Shown here one piece after another: positions 1 to 7,277 of a DNA stretch of 64,000 bases. Within the stretch, counting starts at the first letter, position 1; each line of letters begins with the position of its first letter. The notes beneath the pieces were generated by a model. It was not told where the DNA came from. It made no database searches and saw only the letters and a list, made by a program, of their open reading frames with translations. Source of the DNA: Porticoccaceae bacterium (GTDB taxonomy: Bacteria; Pseudomonadota; Gammaproteobacteria; Pseudomonadales; Porticoccaceae); assembly GCA_026005035.1 (NCBI GenBank), contig BPKH01000001.1, positions 269,610 to 333,609 of the forward strand, read 5' to 3'. The position numbers were made by a program, and so were the translations under genes.

Positions 1-831
1 TACTTCGTGGGCTACAAGATCCGGGAAACCGAGTTCGCCGGCCCCACCATGTTCGCCGACGGGGACACCTATCACTACAACCAGCACGGCGCGCTGGTGG
101 CCAAGGAGCGCGCCACCTCCATCCGCTACCTGCGCGAGGAGGCGGCGCGGCGGGGGGTCTACCGCCGGGACCGGCGCACGCCCAAGACCTGGACCGCCGA
201 AGAGCTGGCGGAGATCGCCCGGGCGCGCCACCAGTGGATCCTCTCCAATCGCGAGGGCGTCTCGCCGCGCTTTTCCCAGGTGCAGGTGGGAGACCGGCTG
301 CCGCGCCGGGTGCTCGGCCCCCACACCAAGGTCACCTTCGCCCTGGAATGCCGCGCCCACCGCCAGAACGTGTGGGGCACCTGGCGCTGGAATCCACCAC
401 CGGGGGTGGTGGATCCGGCCACCGAGGACGCCGGCTTCGCTCCGGACATGACCTACGACTTCGCGGCGCGCAAGATCGATCCCCGGCTCGGCGACGGGCT
501 GTTCCACGGCCCCTCCTCGGGGCACATCGACGAACAGAAGGCGGAAAAAGTGGGCATGGGGGGTGCGTACGGCTATGGCTCGTCCATGAACGCCTGGCAC
601 CTCGACACCATCGCCTACTGGGCGGGCCACGACGGCTACATCTGGCACTCCAAAACCCAGTTCCGCAGCCCGGCCTTCGAGGGGGACGTCACCTGGGTGG
701 ACGGCGAAGTGGTGGAGAAAATCCCCGACTCGCCCTGGGGCGTGCCAGTGGTGCGGGTGGAGACCCGCATGACCAACCAGAACGGCGAACTGATCCTCAA
801 GGGCAGTGCCGAGGTCCAGCTGCCGCCCTGA
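1..831 (+). CDS. MaoC-like / hotdog-fold dehydratase family protein (5' end cut by window edge)
   Basis: ORF 7..831 stays open in frame back to nt 1. The C-terminal FEGDVTWVDGEVVEK...VVRVETRMTNQNGELILKGSAEVQLP looks like the hotdog core of MaoC/FAS1-type dehydratases. Recalled family features only. Confidence 0.4.
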   Translation, partial: YFVGYKIRETEFAGPTMFADGDTYHYNQHGALVAKERATSIRYLREEAARRGVYRRDRRTPKTWTAEELAEIARARHQWILSNREGVSPRFSQVQVGDRLPRRVLGPHTKVTFALECRAHRQNVWGTWRWNPPPGVVDPATEDAGFAPDMTYDFAARKIDPRLGDGLFHGPSSGHIDEQKAEKVGMGGAYGYGSSMNAWHLDTIAYWAGHDGYIWHSKTQFRSPAFEGDVTWVDGEVVEKIPDSPWGVPVVRVETRMTNQNGELILKGSAEVQLPP

Positions 832-850
832 TCCGGCGCGGCGGGAATAC

Positions 851-1006
851 CGTCGCTTGGACGGAGCGAAGCGAAATCCGGGGAATTCCCACCCGACGAT
901 CGGCGCACCCCTCTTCCCCCGGACTCCGGCGCTTTGCGCCTCCATCCGGGCTACAAGCCCGGGTTGAAAGCTCCGCAGCCCGGATGGAGCGAAGCGAAAT
1001 CCGGGG
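851..1006. repeat. REP/REPIN-like palindromic intergenic repeats (arms 851..883 fwd, 917..954 rev, 975..1006 fwd)
   Basis: Core GGATGGAGCGAAGCGAAATCCGGGG and its reverse complement CCGGAnTCCGGCGCTnTGCGCCTCCATCCGGGCTAC. The same family recurs at 10748..10850, 48173..48272 and 54706..54895. It lies between two CDSs. Confidence 0.8.
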
Positions 1007-1094
1007 CGCAAGTGAACCAAAGCGGGCCCTTGCCAAAGTGTTGCGGGCCGGCGATGATCCCTTGGCCGTGCCGGCTGCCGGCGAGGATTCGCCC

Positions 1095-2012
1095 ATGAAG
1101 TTCGCCTTTCCCCTGCCCCATCTCGTGGAACTCAAGGAGACGCCCGCCTGGGAGCGGCAGGTCACCGGCCCCCAGATGGCCTATCTCGCCCGCGAGGCGG
1201 AACGCTTGGGCTACGACATGATCGCGGTGCCCGAGCACTTCATCATCCCCCGGGCGCACGTGCCCCTGTCGGGCGCCCACTACTTCCACGCCGCCGCGGC
1301 CCAGGGCTTTTTCGCCGGCGCCACCGAGCGGATCCGGATCAACTCCTGCATCGCCATCCTGCCGCTCCAGCATCCCGTCGTCACCGCCAAGGCGCTCGCC
1401 ACCGTGGACTGGCTGTCGGGGGGACGAGTGATGGCCACCTTCGGGGTGGGCTGGCTGGAGGGAGAATTCCAACTGCTGGGGGTGCCCTTTTCCGAGCGGG
1501 GCCGGCGGGCCGACGAATACCTGGCGGCGATCCTCGAGCTTTGGACCTCCGACGACCCCCAGTTCGAGGGCCGCTACGTCTCCTTCCGCGACGTCGCCTT
1601 CGCGCCCCGCCCGGTGCAGAAACCCCACCCTCCCATCTGGCTCGGCGGCGACGCCGACCCCGTGCTGCGCCGGGCGGCCAAGTATGCGAGCGGCTGGTGG
1701 CCCTTCCTCACGCCCCCCGAGCGGCTGGCCGAGCGGATCGACTTCATCAAGTCGCAGCCGGAATTCCGCGGCGAGCCGTTCGAAGTGATGTACGGCCTGT
1801 CCACCGAGCGGCTCGGCGAGGGGCACGTGGTGCGCGACGTGGCCCGCGCCCGGCCGGGCCAGAGCAAACAGGCGATCATCGACCGCCTGGGGTGGTTCAA
1901 GGAGCAGGGCGTGACCATGACCTCGGTGCCCACACCTCCCTGCCGCGACCTGGAAGAGTGCCTCGACTACGCCCGCTTCGTCATCGAGGAGATCAAGCCC
2001 GCCCTCCAGTAG
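1095..2012 (+). CDS. LLM-class (luciferase-like) flavin/F420-dependent oxidoreductase
   Basis: ATG 1095 lies inside ORF 234..2012; the upstream extension is translated REP repeat. Blocks MKFAFPLPH, GYDMIAVPEHF, LSGGRVMATFGVGWLEGEF and KPHPPIWLGG are typical of the LLM family. Confidence 0.75.
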   Translation: MKFAFPLPHLVELKETPAWERQVTGPQMAYLAREAERLGYDMIAVPEHFIIPRAHVPLSGAHYFHAAAAQGFFAGATERIRINSCIAILPLQHPVVTAKALATVDWLSGGRVMATFGVGWLEGEFQLLGVPFSERGRRADEYLAAILELWTSDDPQFEGRYVSFRDVAFAPRPVQKPHPPIWLGGDADPVLRRAAKYASGWWPFLTPPERLAERIDFIKSQPEFRGEPFEVMYGLSTERLGEGHVVRDVARARPGQSKQAIIDRLGWFKEQGVTMTSVPTPPCRDLEECLDYARFVIEEIKPALQ

Positions 2013-2017
2013 GAGAC

Positions 2018-2659
2018 TCACCAGGCCGAGCGCCCGGCGACAAAGCGCTCCACCGCTCGCTCGACCCAAGCGCGGCGCTCGGCGGCCGTCACCCGCCGGC
2101 CGGTCTCCAACACCTCCAGGTACCAGCCCCGCAGCAGGGCGATGAACTGATCGGCCGCCCCGTGGGGATCGCGGCAGGGCATGCCATCGCGCGCGGCGCA
2201 CTGGGCGAGAAACGCCGCGATGCGCTCCACCCCGCGGGCGTTGCGCGCCGCCGCGGCGGCGGCGAGCTCCGGAAACTGGTGCGCCTCGCTGCACAAGAGA
2301 CGCTCCACCCCCCGCACCTCTTCCCGAAGGGCGAAGGCGAGCATGGCGTCGGCGTAGCGCACGAGCCCCTCCTCCAAACGCAGGGGAGCCCCCCCGGAGG
2401 CGGCGAGGGGCGCGGCCGGCCGGGAGCGGGCCATCTGCCGGTCGAGGACCGCCCGAAAAAGGGCCGCCTTGTCCGGATAACGGCGGTAGAGGGTGGTCTT
2501 GGAAATGCCCGCGCGGGCGACGATCCGGCTCAAGGAGGCCCCACCGTAGCCCCGCGCCAGAAATTCCTCGAGGGCGGCGGCCAAGATCGCCCGCTCCCGC
2601 CCCGCCACCTCGTCCCGCCTCGGGCGCCCCCGCCGCCGCGTGCCGCCGGCCACCGCCAA
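2018..2659 (-). CDS. TetR/AcrR family transcriptional regulator
   Basis: ORF 2018..2659. N-terminal HTH RERAILAAALEEFLARGYGGASLSRIVARAGISKTTLYRRYPDKAALF. Divergent from the LLM gene at 2723. Confidence 0.85.
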   Translation of the reverse strand: MAVAGGTRRRGRPRRDEVAGRERAILAAALEEFLARGYGGASLSRIVARAGISKTTLYRRYPDKAALFRAVLDRQMARSRPAAPLAASGGAPLRLEEGLVRYADAMLAFALREEVRGVERLLCSEAHQFPELAAAAAARNARGVERIAAFLAQCAARDGMPCRDPHGAADQFIALLRGWYLEVLETGRRVTAAERRAWVERAVERFVAGRSAW

Positions 2660-2664
2660 TCCCC

Positions 2665-2693
2665 TTGCCTTTGATACGACATCGTACTATAAC
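2665..2693 (+). promoter_or_regulatory. sigma70-type promoter with candidate TetR operator in the tetR/LLM divergent region
   Basis: TTGCCT (2665..2670), 17-nt spacer, TATAAC (2688..2693). The spacer carries the palindrome TACGA-CA-TCGTA (2675..2686). Confidence 0.5.
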
Positions 2694-2722
2694 AGGCCGG
2701 CAACCTCCTCGGAGCCGACGCC

Positions 2723-3841
2723 GTGCCCGTGCAACTGGCCGCCTTCTTGCGCACCACCCTTCCCCTGGGCCTCGATTCCCTTGCCGACTACGACAGCGGC
2801 CGCTACCACTCGGTTTGGCTGCCCGACCACATGGTCAGTTTCTGGCCCGACTCCATCTGGACGCCCGAATTCACCGACCTGGCCACGGCATCCCCCTCGC
2901 CCCACCGCCACCTGGACGCCCTCGCCGTGGCGGGCGCCGCCGCGGTGCTCACGGAGCGGGTGCAACTGGCCACCGCCGTGGTGGACACGGTCCGCCGCCA
3001 CCCGGCCATGCTCGCCCAGACGGCGCTCACCCTCTCCCACCTCTCCAAGGGTCGCTTCACCCTCGGTCTCGGCTCCGGAGAGACGGAGAACACCGTGCCC
3101 TACGGTTTCGACTTCACCAAGCCGGTGAGCCGCTTCGAGGAGGCGCTCCAGGTGATCAAGCTCCTCTGGGAAAGCCGCGGGCCGGTGGATTTCGAGGGCC
3201 GCTTTTTTCACCTGCACCGGGCGCGGCTCGACACCGAGCCCTTCGCCGGTCGCTTTCCGCCCATCTGGATCGGCGGCAGCGGCCCGCGCATGCTGAAAAT
3301 CATCGGCCGCCACGCCGACGGCTGGTGGCCCGCCGGCGCCTGGACCCCCGACGACTACGGCGCCAAACTCTCCGCCATCCGCGCTGCGGCCCGGGACGCG
3401 GGACGCGATCCCGACGCCATCACCCCCGCCGCCATCCTCACCTGCCTGATCGGCGACGCCCGGGAGCTCGAGGAGATGCTGCGCGCTCCCCTGGTGCGGG
3501 CCTGGATTCTCCAGATCTCCGCGCGCGACCTCGCCCCCTTCGGCTTCGAGCACCCCATGGGGCCGGACTGGCGCGGCTACCAGGACATCGACCCCGCCGT
3601 GCTCACCCGCGAGCGGATCCTGGAGCTAGTCGAGCGCGTGGACCCCCAGGCGATCCTGGCGGTGCTGCCCCACGGCACCCCCCGCCAGGTGGCCGAGCGG
3701 GTCAAAGGCTACGTGGACGCGGGATTGCGGGTGGTGAAACTGCTCGACTACGGCGGCATGGCGGGGCTCAAGTTCGCCGCCGCTTCCCCCGCCAAGGTGC
3801 GGGCGGCCGAAGACGAACTCCTGCGCCTGTGTGGAGCCTGA
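2723..3841 (+). CDS. LLM-class flavin/F420-dependent oxidoreductase (second paralog)
   Basis: ORF 2723..3841. YHSVWLPDHM, LSKGRFTLGLGSGE and FPPIWIGGSGPRMLKIIGRHADGWWP match LLM family blocks. GGAG lies about 8 nt upstream of the GTG. Confidence 0.75.
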   Translation: MPVQLAAFLRTTLPLGLDSLADYDSGRYHSVWLPDHMVSFWPDSIWTPEFTDLATASPSPHRHLDALAVAGAAAVLTERVQLATAVVDTVRRHPAMLAQTALTLSHLSKGRFTLGLGSGETENTVPYGFDFTKPVSRFEEALQVIKLLWESRGPVDFEGRFFHLHRARLDTEPFAGRFPPIWIGGSGPRMLKIIGRHADGWWPAGAWTPDDYGAKLSAIRAAARDAGRDPDAITPAAILTCLIGDARELEEMLRAPLVRAWILQISARDLAPFGFEHPMGPDWRGYQDIDPAVLTRERILELVERVDPQAILAVLPHGTPRQVAERVKGYVDAGLRVVKLLDYGGMAGLKFAAASPAKVRAAEDELLRLCGA

Positions 3842-3845
3842 AACC

Positions 3846-5028
3846 ATGGCCGACGACGGCATCCTGAGCGCGGCCCGCCTGCTGGAGGCGGCGGCGAGCG
3901 AAACCGGCCTCGACGACTGGGGCGACCCCACCTTCCCCGAGCGTTTCGCGCTGGCCGCCGAGAAAGCTCGCCGGATTGGGTCTGGACGCCGGCGGCCGGC
4001 AGCGCGCCGCCGAGGTGTGCCACTGGCTGCTCACCTACCGGCTGCGCTTCTTCGACGACCACAAGACCCACGAGGGAATCGACCGCGAGCCCATCGAGCG
4101 GCCGCTGGTGGTGACCGGCGAGCCGCGCTCCGGCACCACCCTGGCCCACGCCCTGCTGGCGGTGGATCCCGACGCCCGCCCCCTGCGCTTCTGGGAGGTG
4201 ATGTACCCCTCGCCGCCGCCGGGCCTCGCCGCCCCCGACGACCGCCGGCGGGTGCGCGCCGATGCCGATTGGCTGGACATCAACGCCATGGCGCCCGAGT
4301 GGCTCAAGATCCACCCCTACAACGACATGCTCGGCAACGGCCTGCCCGAGTGCGAGCGCACCTGGGCCTTCGACTTCCGGGTGATGACCCCCACCGCTTG
4401 GTGGCGCGCCCCCATCGGCATGTTCGTCGGCGGACTGCCGGTGGACGAAGCCGCCATGTACCGCATCCACCGCATGATGCTCCAGCACTGCCAGTATGGC
4501 CGACCGCGCAAGCGGTGGGCCCTCAAGGGTTTCCACGGCCCGCGGCTAGCGACCTTCTTCGCCACCTATCCGGACGTGCGCATCCTCTGGATCCACCGCG
4601 ATCCCCTCCAGGTGGCGGCGTCGCGGGTGGCCATGGCCATCGCCCTCACCCGCGCCTTTTCGGGGCGCCGGCCGGTGGATGAAGAGGCCATCGCCGCCAC
4701 CCATCTGGCCGCCACCCGGGCGAGCATCCGCCAGACCCTGGACAACCCCCTGGTCTCGGACCCGCGCATCCACCACGTGCGCTATCCCGACTTCGTCGCC
4801 GACCCGGTGGGCACCCTGGCCGACTTCTACGCCTTCGCCGGGGTGCCCTTCACCCCCGCCGCCGAGCGGGCCATGCGCCACTACCTGGAGGCCAACCGCG
4901 GCGACCGCTACGGCAAGTTCGTCTACTCCGTGGAAAGGCTCGGCGCGGACCTCGCCGAACTGGAGCGGGAGTTCGAGCCCTACCGAGCGCGCTTCGGGCT
5001 CGAGCCCGAGCGCCGCGGCCGCACCTAA
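3846..5028 (+). pseudogene. sulfotransferase family protein; frame broken by a 1-nt insertion (AAA 3963..3965) as assembled
   Basis: From ATG 3846: MADDGILSAARLLEAAASETGLDDWGDPTFPERFALAAEK. The +1 frame (ORF 3976..5028) continues LAGLGLDAGG...ERPLVVTGEPRSGTTLAHALL, a PAPS-binding loop. 1183 nt = 3n+1. Confidence 0.7.
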
Positions 5029-5030
5029 GC

Positions 5031-5843
5031 ATGCACCCGCGAATTTCCATCCACGGCATCTGCTTCCAGGGCGAACCCTACGAGCGCCTGGGGGCTCTCT
5101 GGCGCGCCCTGGGGGCACAGAGGGTCAGCCTCCTCGGCCCCCAGCTCGCCGCCGAGGGGATCGACGCGGCCCGCGCCGCCCTGGCGGGCGGGCCCTTCGC
5201 CGTCGAGAACGTGGTCCAGCCGCTGCTCGCCGGGCCGCTGCCCGCCGACCCGGCGCACTGGGAGGAACCCCGCGCACGCCTCGCCGCAGTGGTCGAGGAC
5301 GCCGCGCGCCTCGGCGCCCGCTCGGTCTACGTGACCACCGGCGGCCACGGCCCCGGCACCTGGGAGGAAAACGCCGCGCGCTTCGCCGCGCTGATCTCCC
5401 CCGTCGCCGCGCGCGCGCGCGACCTCGGCGTCGCCCTGGCCGTCGAAAACGCCCCCTTCCACAACGCCGACATCCACATCGCCCACAGCCTGCGGGACGC
5501 CCTGGCGCTGGCCGAGCTCGCCGATCTCCACCTGTGCATCGACCTCTTCGGCTGCTGGTTCGAGGCCGACCTCAGGCGCACCCTGGAGCGCGCCCTGCCG
5601 CGCTGCGCACTGGTGCAGGTGAGCGACTACGTCTTCGGCGACCGCGCACCCGCGGCCCGGGCGGTGCCGGGGGACGGCCAGATCCCCCTGTTGCGCCTGC
5701 TCGACTGGATCCTGGCCGCCGGCTATGAGGGCGCCTTCGATCTCGAGCTCTTCGGCCCGCGCATCGAGGCCGAGGGAAGGCTCGCCGCCGTGGGGCGGGC
5801 CGCCGATCGACTGGGGGAGATGCTGGTGCGGCTCGGTGCCTGA
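5031..5843 (+). CDS. sugar phosphate isomerase/epimerase (xylose-isomerase-like TIM barrel) family protein
   Basis: ORF 5031..5843; the ATG is 3 nt after the previous stop. SVYVTTGGHG, LGVALAVENAPFHN, LHLCIDLFGCW and ALVQVSDY fit the TIM-barrel family. Confidence 0.6.
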   Translation: MHPRISIHGICFQGEPYERLGALWRALGAQRVSLLGPQLAAEGIDAARAALAGGPFAVENVVQPLLAGPLPADPAHWEEPRARLAAVVEDAARLGARSVYVTTGGHGPGTWEENAARFAALISPVAARARDLGVALAVENAPFHNADIHIAHSLRDALALAELADLHLCIDLFGCWFEADLRRTLERALPRCALVQVSDYVFGDRAPAARAVPGDGQIPLLRLLDWILAAGYEGAFDLELFGPRIEAEGRLAAVGRAADRLGEMLVRLGA

Positions 5844-5879
5844 ACGACTTTGCCGCCAACACCGGGAGGAATGACGACC

Positions 5880-7109
5880 ATGGCCTACGGCGACGCTTCC
5901 TGTGATGCCGCCCTGCGGGAAGCCTGGCGGACCTTCTGTCGGCGCCTCGAGGAGGCGGGCGAGCGGGTCTTCAAGGACTACAATCCGCCCCTTCCCCAAC
6001 ACCGCGCCGACGGCTTTCGCTTCCTCACCCAGAACCTGGGCCAGGCCTTTCAGCTCGCCCTCGAGACCCGCGACCCGCGCTACCCCGAGATCCACGCCTT
6101 CGTCACCCCCTACTGCAAACTCGGCGCCGACTGCGCCGACTTCGTCTACCAGCAGGCATGGATCTCCGGCGACGCCGTCTACCGGGTGAGCGGAAACCGC
6201 GGCACCTGCCGCTTCCTCAACTTCACCGTCCAAGGGGAGCGCCCGGACAGGATCCCGGGCACCGACGCGCCCAGTCTCCACGAGCCCTTCGGCGACCTCC
6301 CCGAGGCCAACCTGTTCGGCCACCAACTGGAGACCGCCTGGGACGGCAGCTTCGAGCTCTACATCGGCGGCGAACCCCGCGGCCCCAACTGGCTGCCTAC
6401 CACCCCCAAGAGCCGCAAGCTGTTCATCCGCCAAGGCTTCGATCGCTGGGACGAGGAGCCGGCGAGCCTGCGCATCGAGCGGATCGACATGGCCGAACCG
6501 CGCCCCCTGCCCACCCCGGAGGCACTGGTGGAGGCGATGGACTGGGCCGGGCGCTTTCTGCTCGGCATGATGGACGACTGGCCCGACCACCCGATCCGCC
6601 ACAGCCCCGCCGTCGATCCCACCGTGGTCAACGCCTTCCCGGAAGCGGTGGCCGACTCGGCGGAGGATCGCAAGCGGGGCCGCGCCGCCGCCAATCTCTA
6701 CTGGGAGCTTGCCCCCGACCAAGCGCTGATCGTCGAGTTCGAGGCGGGACGGGACTTCTGGATGGTCACCAACATGGGGCCCTTCATGACCTCCATGGAC
6801 TACCTCTATCGCCCGGTGAGCTACACCCCCGCCCGCACCGCCGTGGACCCGGACGGCCGGGTCCGCCTGGTGCTCGCCCACCGCGACCCGGGTGTTGCCA
6901 ATTGGCTCGACACCCAGGGCTTCGTCTGCGGCCACCTCACCTTCCGCAGCCTCCTGTCGGGGTCGGTGCCCCGCTTCGCCACCCGCACGGTACCCCTGGG
7001 GGCGCTGTTCGACGCCCTGCCGGCGGAAACCCGCCGCTGCACGCCCGAGGAGCGGCGGGCGGAAATGTGGCGCCGCTTCCGCGCCATCCGCCGCCGCTAT
7101 CGGCTCTGA
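5880..7109 (+). CDS. DUF1214-like hypothetical protein
   Basis: ATG 5880 is 9 nt after GGGAGGA. ADGFRFLTQNLGQAFQLALETRDPRYP...KLGADCADFVYQQAWISGDAVYRVSGNRG resembles DUF1214 proteins seen in TonB-receptor catabolic clusters. Low-certainty recall. Confidence 0.4.
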   Translation: MAYGDASCDAALREAWRTFCRRLEEAGERVFKDYNPPLPQHRADGFRFLTQNLGQAFQLALETRDPRYPEIHAFVTPYCKLGADCADFVYQQAWISGDAVYRVSGNRGTCRFLNFTVQGERPDRIPGTDAPSLHEPFGDLPEANLFGHQLETAWDGSFELYIGGEPRGPNWLPTTPKSRKLFIRQGFDRWDEEPASLRIERIDMAEPRPLPTPEALVEAMDWAGRFLLGMMDDWPDHPIRHSPAVDPTVVNAFPEAVADSAEDRKRGRAAANLYWELAPDQALIVEFEAGRDFWMVTNMGPFMTSMDYLYRPVSYTPARTAVDPDGRVRLVLAHRDPGVANWLDTQGFVCGHLTFRSLLSGSVPRFATRTVPLGALFDALPAETRRCTPEERRAEMWRRFRAIRRRYRL

Positions 7110-7136
7110 GTCCGAGCAACGGCGAGTTGCGGCGCG

Positions 7137-7189
7137 AATTTGTCCCTCCTTGACAACAAATTGACAGGCCACGGGTGGGCCACCATAAT
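7137..7189 (+). promoter_or_regulatory. sigma70-type promoter plus inverted repeat upstream of the TonB-dependent receptor
   Basis: TTGACA (7161..7166), 17 nt, CATAAT (7184..7189). A second TTGACA lies at 7150..7155. Inverted repeat AATTTGT (7137..7143) / ACAAATT (7156..7162). Confidence 0.5.
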
Positions 7190-7277
7190 CCGGGCGGCCG
7201 CCGTTTGCCGAGGGGTCCCTACCCGCCCCTCGCCGACCGGCGGCGTGCTCACCACTCACGCAAGAGGGGGAAACACC

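Noticed and set aside
234-2012. 592-aa ORF extending the LLM oxidoreductase upstream
   Set aside because: The extension overlaps the MaoC-like gene out of frame and translates the REP repeats (…ERSEIRG…). LLM homology starts at ATG 1095.
7190-7277. Possible riboswitch (e.g. cobalamin) in the leader of the TonB-dependent receptor
   Set aside because: The leader is only ~88 nt and lacks a B12-box-like element or other riboswitch signature I can recognise.
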